Shown here: positions 60,775 to 64,000 of the stretch, piece after piece
How positions within the stretch are numbered: position 1 is the stretch's first letter
Layout of the letters: each line of letters starts with the position of its first letter
Assembly: GCA_040397175.1 (NCBI GenBank)
Contig: JBBAWM010000004.1
Coordinates: forward strand, 45,673 to 109,672
Length of the DNA: 64,000 nt
Origin: Candidatus Limnocylindrus sp.
Lineage (GTDB): Bacteria > Chloroflexota > Limnocylindria > Limnocylindrales > Limnocylindraceae
Direction of reading: 5' to 3'
Translations under genes and position numbers: made by a program
Notes under the pieces: model-generated
The model's input: the letters and a program-made list of their open reading frames with translations, nothing else
Database searches by the model: none
Told to the model about the DNA's origin: nothing

Positions 60775-62028
60775 CTACTCCGCGTCGACGGCGTCTGGCG
60801 TTGCAAGATCAAACGTGTCGTGCAGCGCCTGCAGCGCGTGTGGCGCGTCGGATTCACTGACGATGCAGGTGATGCGAATCTCCGAGGTAGAGATCATCTG
60901 AATGTTGATCTTTGCATCGGCGAGCGTGCCAAACATGCGCGCGGCGTAGCCCGGCGCATTCTGAATGCCCGCGCCAACGATCGAGACCTTTGCAACGCTC
61001 TCATCAATCTCAAGGGCACGAGCGCCGATCGACGCGCGAATCTGTTCCAAAACAGGGCGCGCAGCCGCGAGATCAGCGCGTGACGTGGTGAACGAGAGGT
61101 CGGTAGTGCCATCGTGAGAAACGTTCTGCACGATCATGTCGACGTTGATGTTTGCCGCCGAGAGCGGATCGAACACCGCGCGCGCGATGCCGGGCTTGTC
61201 GGGCACGGCAACCATGGTCACCTTTGCCACCTTCGTATCGGCCGCCAGGCCGCGAACCTTATTGCGCTTCTCCACCTGCGTATCCTCCTTGATCACCGTG
61301 CCTGCGTGCTCCTCAAATGAGCTGAGCACCTCGATTGCCACGTTATTGACCCAGCCGAGCTCCACGGCGCGGGTCTGCATCACCTGGGCCCCCTGGTTGG
61401 CGAGCTCCAGCATCTCTTCGTATCCGACCACCGAAAGCTGACGGGCGGCGGGCACGGCACGGGGGTCGGCGGTGTACACCCCACGCACGTCGGTGAAGAT
61501 CTGGCAGCGATCGGCTCCCAGGGCTGCAGCCAGCGCCACCGCCGAGGTATCGGAGCCGCCACGGCCGAGGGTCGTGGTCTCTGAGCCGTCGCTCACCCCC
61601 TGGAAGCCCGCAACGATCACGACCCGGCCAGCGTCAAGTTCGGCGCGCACTCGCTTCGGTTCGATACCGGCGATGCGCCCCTTGCCATACGTACCGTCGG
61701 CGCTGATCCCCGCCTGGGCGCCGCTCAGCGACACCGCATCGGTGCCACGCGCGATGAGCGCCATGGCGAGCAGTGCCGCCGATTGAATCTCGCCCGTTGC
61801 AAGGAGTGCGTCTTGTTCGCGCGCGCTCGGAAGCGTGCCGCCCGTTACGGACGATGCCAACGCCAACAAGTCGTCGGTGGTGTCGCCCATGGCGGAAACA
61901 ACGGCAACAACATCACGTCCCGCGGCGCGATCGCGGGCGATGCGCGCAACAACGGCGGCGATGCGCTCAACGGAGCCGACCGAACTTCCGCCGTACTTTT
62001 GAACGAGCAGCTTCGACGACGCGGTCAC
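60775..62028 (-). CDS. lysC: Aspartate kinase
   Basis: VQKYGGSSV, VVSAMG, TLGRGGSDT and DV.GVYTADP motifs; two ACT domains. Confidence 0.95.
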   Translation of the reverse strand: MTASSKLLVQKYGGSSVGSVERIAAVVARIARDRAAGRDVVAVVSAMGDTTDDLLALASSVTGGTLPSAREQDALLATGEIQSAALLAMALIARGTDAVSLSGAQAGISADGTYGKGRIAGIEPKRVRAELDAGRVVIVAGFQGVSDGSETTTLGRGGSDTSAVALAAALGADRCQIFTDVRGVYTADPRAVPAARQLSVVGYEEMLELANQGAQVMQTRAVELGWVNNVAIEVLSSFEEHAGTVIKEDTQVEKRNKVRGLAADTKVAKVTMVAVPDKPGIARAVFDPLSAANINVDMIVQNVSHDGTTDLSFTTSRADLAAARPVLEQIRASIGARALEIDESVAKVSIVGAGIQNAPGYAARMFGTLADAKINIQMISTSEIRITCIVSESDAPHALQALHDTFDLATPDAVDAE

Positions 62029-63053
62029 GCCACTCCGACCGAGCGAAGGATGCGCACACCCTCTTGGTCGACCTCGATCTGCTCCGCGTGGCCGCCCACC
62101 CCTGTGGCAATCGCGACCGCGTCGAGTGCGGCAATCACCGCAGCAATGCCGTCGTCACCGCGCTCGTCATCAACGATCGTCAGTACCGAAGAGCCAGAGC
62201 CGGCGAGGCAGGCACTCGTCGCACCCGCCTCCAGCGCCGCAGTGAAGAGCCTCGGCAGCGCCGAGTACTTCTTGATGCGGTATGGCTGATGGATTCGGTC
62301 GTCGGAGAGAATCGCGAACCCGGCAACCTCGCCCGCCTCCAATGCGGTGATGCCAAGCGCTAGGCGCGATGCGTTGTGTACGGCATCTTCCATTGGCACC
62401 GCCTTTGGCAGCACGGCACGCATATCGCTGGTCTCAAAGCGCACATCGGGAATGAGCACCACCGGAATGGCGTCGTGTGGAATGTTGATGATGCGCGCCG
62501 TCAGCACTCCGTTAGCACGACCACTCGCCACGGCGCCGCCGAAGATTGCGGCGGCAACGTTGTCGGGGTGACCTTCGATCTCATCGGCCGCCGCAAAGAG
62601 GCGGTCGGTGAGCGCATCGCTAAACGACTCGAAGCAGGCGCCACTCGCCCCCGAGGCACCCGCAGCAGTGCCGGCCAGTGCGGCACCCGCGAAGAGCCCG
62701 CCCACGATGGCGGCGGCAGAAGAGCCCACGCCACGCGAGAGTGGAATGTTGTTGACCGCCGTGACGGCAAGGTCGAGTGCGTCGGCGCCAGTCACGCCCG
62801 CAATCGACAACCCCCGATAGATGGCGTCGAGCGCCATGTTCGTACGGTTATGCGCCAACTCGGCGGCACCCTCGCCTGAGGCGCCGTAGGTGATCGTCCC
62901 CTTCCCCGAGGCGGCCACGCCCGTCACCTGCACGGTGAGCTCGTTGGTCATCTCCAGGGCGAGGCCGAGCACGTCGTAGCCGGCGCCCAGGTTCGCCACG
63001 GTGGCGGGCACCGCAACGGTGACGGAACGACCGACCAAAGCTTCTGCCTTCAT
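62025..63053 (-). CDS. thrB: Homoserine kinase
   Basis: PAT.ANLG.G.D.LG, P..RG.GSSAA, EGHPDN, HQPYR and GSG motifs; SD GGAGG before ATG 63053. Confidence 0.93.
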   Translation of the reverse strand: MKAEALVGRSVTVAVPATVANLGAGYDVLGLALEMTNELTVQVTGVAASGKGTITYGASGEGAAELAHNRTNMALDAIYRGLSIAGVTGADALDLAVTAVNNIPLSRGVGSSAAAIVGGLFAGAALAGTAAGASGASGACFESFSDALTDRLFAAADEIEGHPDNVAAAIFGGAVASGRANGVLTARIINIPHDAIPVVLIPDVRFETSDMRAVLPKAVPMEDAVHNASRLALGITALEAGEVAGFAILSDDRIHQPYRIKKYSALPRLFTAALEAGATSACLAGSGSSVLTIVDDERGDDGIAAVIAALDAVAIATGVGGHAEQIEVDQEGVRILRSVGVA

Positions 63054-63073
63054 GACGCCTCCTCTGCTACTCG

Positions 63074-64000
63074 CTACCAACCGAGCGCACGGCGAACGCC
63101 GGCGACCGTTGCATCTGACGTGCGGATCTCACCGATGAGGCGCGACGCGGTGTCGGGGTCCTTTAGGCCGAAGCCGGTCATCACCGCCACGATCCGGGCG
63201 CTGCCATCAATGGATCCATCGGCGATGGCGTTGCGCAAACCGGCAATGGGTGCGGCGCAGGCGGGCTCCACGAAGATGCCGCCCAGGCGAATGATGTCGG
63301 CCTGCGCGCGTAGGATCTCGTCGTCGGTGACGGCGCGAATCATGCCGCCCGACTCGTCGCGCGCAGCGATTGCCAGGTCCCATGAGGCGGGCTTGCCGAT
63401 GCGAATCGCGGTGGCGACCGTTTCAGGATTCAACACAGGCGCACCAGAAACAAATGGCGCCGCACCCGCCGCCTGGAACCCCGCCATGCGCGGTCGGCGC
63501 TTGGTGCTGCCAATGCGCACCGCGTCGGTGAAGCCGCGCCAATAGGCGCTGATGTTGCCCGCGTTGCCAACGGGGAGCGCCAACACGTCGGGGGCGTCGC
63601 CAAGGTCGGCAATGATCTCGTGTGCCGCAGTGGCCTGGCCCGCAATGCGGTGCGGATTGATGGAGTTCACGATCTCGACCCCACCACCACCAGCGCCGAG
63701 CTCGCGCACGATCTCTAGCGCGTCGTCGAAGTTGCCATCGATGGAAATGACCTTTGCGCCAGCGGCGAACGCCTGGAGTAACTTGCCCGCGGCAATCTTG
63801 CCGGCAGGCAGCAACACAATTGCTTCGAGCCCTGCGGCGGCGGCGTAGGCGGCGGCGGATGCCGAGGTATTGCCTGTGCTGGCGCAGACAACGGCGCGTG
63901 CGCCGGACTCTGCCGCCTTGGCAACCGCCACCACCATGCCGCGATCCTTGAAGGAGCCGGTCGGATTCGCCCCTTCGACCTTCAGCCACAGGTCCGACGC
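63074..64000 (-). CDS. thrC: Threonine synthase, 5'-truncated by the window end
   Basis: K.EG.NPTGSFKDRG, CASTGNT, PVGNAGN, ATAIRIG.P and GLKDP motifs. Confidence 0.93.
   Translation of the reverse strand, partial: ASDLWLKVEGANPTGSFKDRGMVVAVAKAAESGARAVVCASTGNTSASAAAYAAAAGLEAIVLLPAGKIAAGKLLQAFAAGAKVISIDGNFDDALEIVRELGAGGGGVEIVNSINPHRIAGQATAAHEIIADLGDAPDVLALPVGNAGNISAYWRGFTDAVRIGSTKRRPRMAGFQAAGAAPFVSGAPVLNPETVATAIRIGKPASWDLAIAARDESGGMIRAVTDDEILRAQADIIRLGGIFVEPACAAPIAGLRNAIADGSIDGSARIVAVMTGFGLKDPDTASRLIGEIRTSDATVAGVRRALGW

Overview
A gene-dense, high-GC bacterial chromosome segment with very short intergenic spacers and many overlapping stop/start codons. I saw no integrase, transposase, prophage or CRISPR array. 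Gene content and style suggest a streamlined Chloroflexota genome, possibly freshwater Limnocylindria; this is an inference. The window holds an opp/dpp ABC operon, bioY, tRNA-His, pepN, pncB, glgC, an M23 peptidase, pepA, ccsA, class II RNR nrdJ with NrdR-like boxes, thyX, two LCP proteins, acs/iclR, crtI-crtB and metal transporters. It ends in a long minus-strand run: thrC-thrB-lysC-birA-accDA-(BCCP-like)-accC-fabZ-(phosphoesterase-like)-fabF-accB-fabH-fabG. The most interesting signals are: (1) a ~270 nt stand-alone, highly structured candidate ncRNA with four GCAA tetraloops between convergent genes (33276-33543, minus strand), which I cannot match to a known family; (2) an unusual acetyl-CoA carboxylase locus with a second BCCP paralogue lacking the biotin lysine (resembling plant BADC proteins), a fused AccD-AccA and a degenerate phosphoesterase; (3) a two-domain arrestin-like protein; (4) a TPR-HIRAN-like gene beside an eroded methyltransferase/nuclease-like gene; (5) probable CTG starts (birA, possibly glgC) and many leaderless-type promoters. 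All family assignments come from motif recognition by eye, not database searches.
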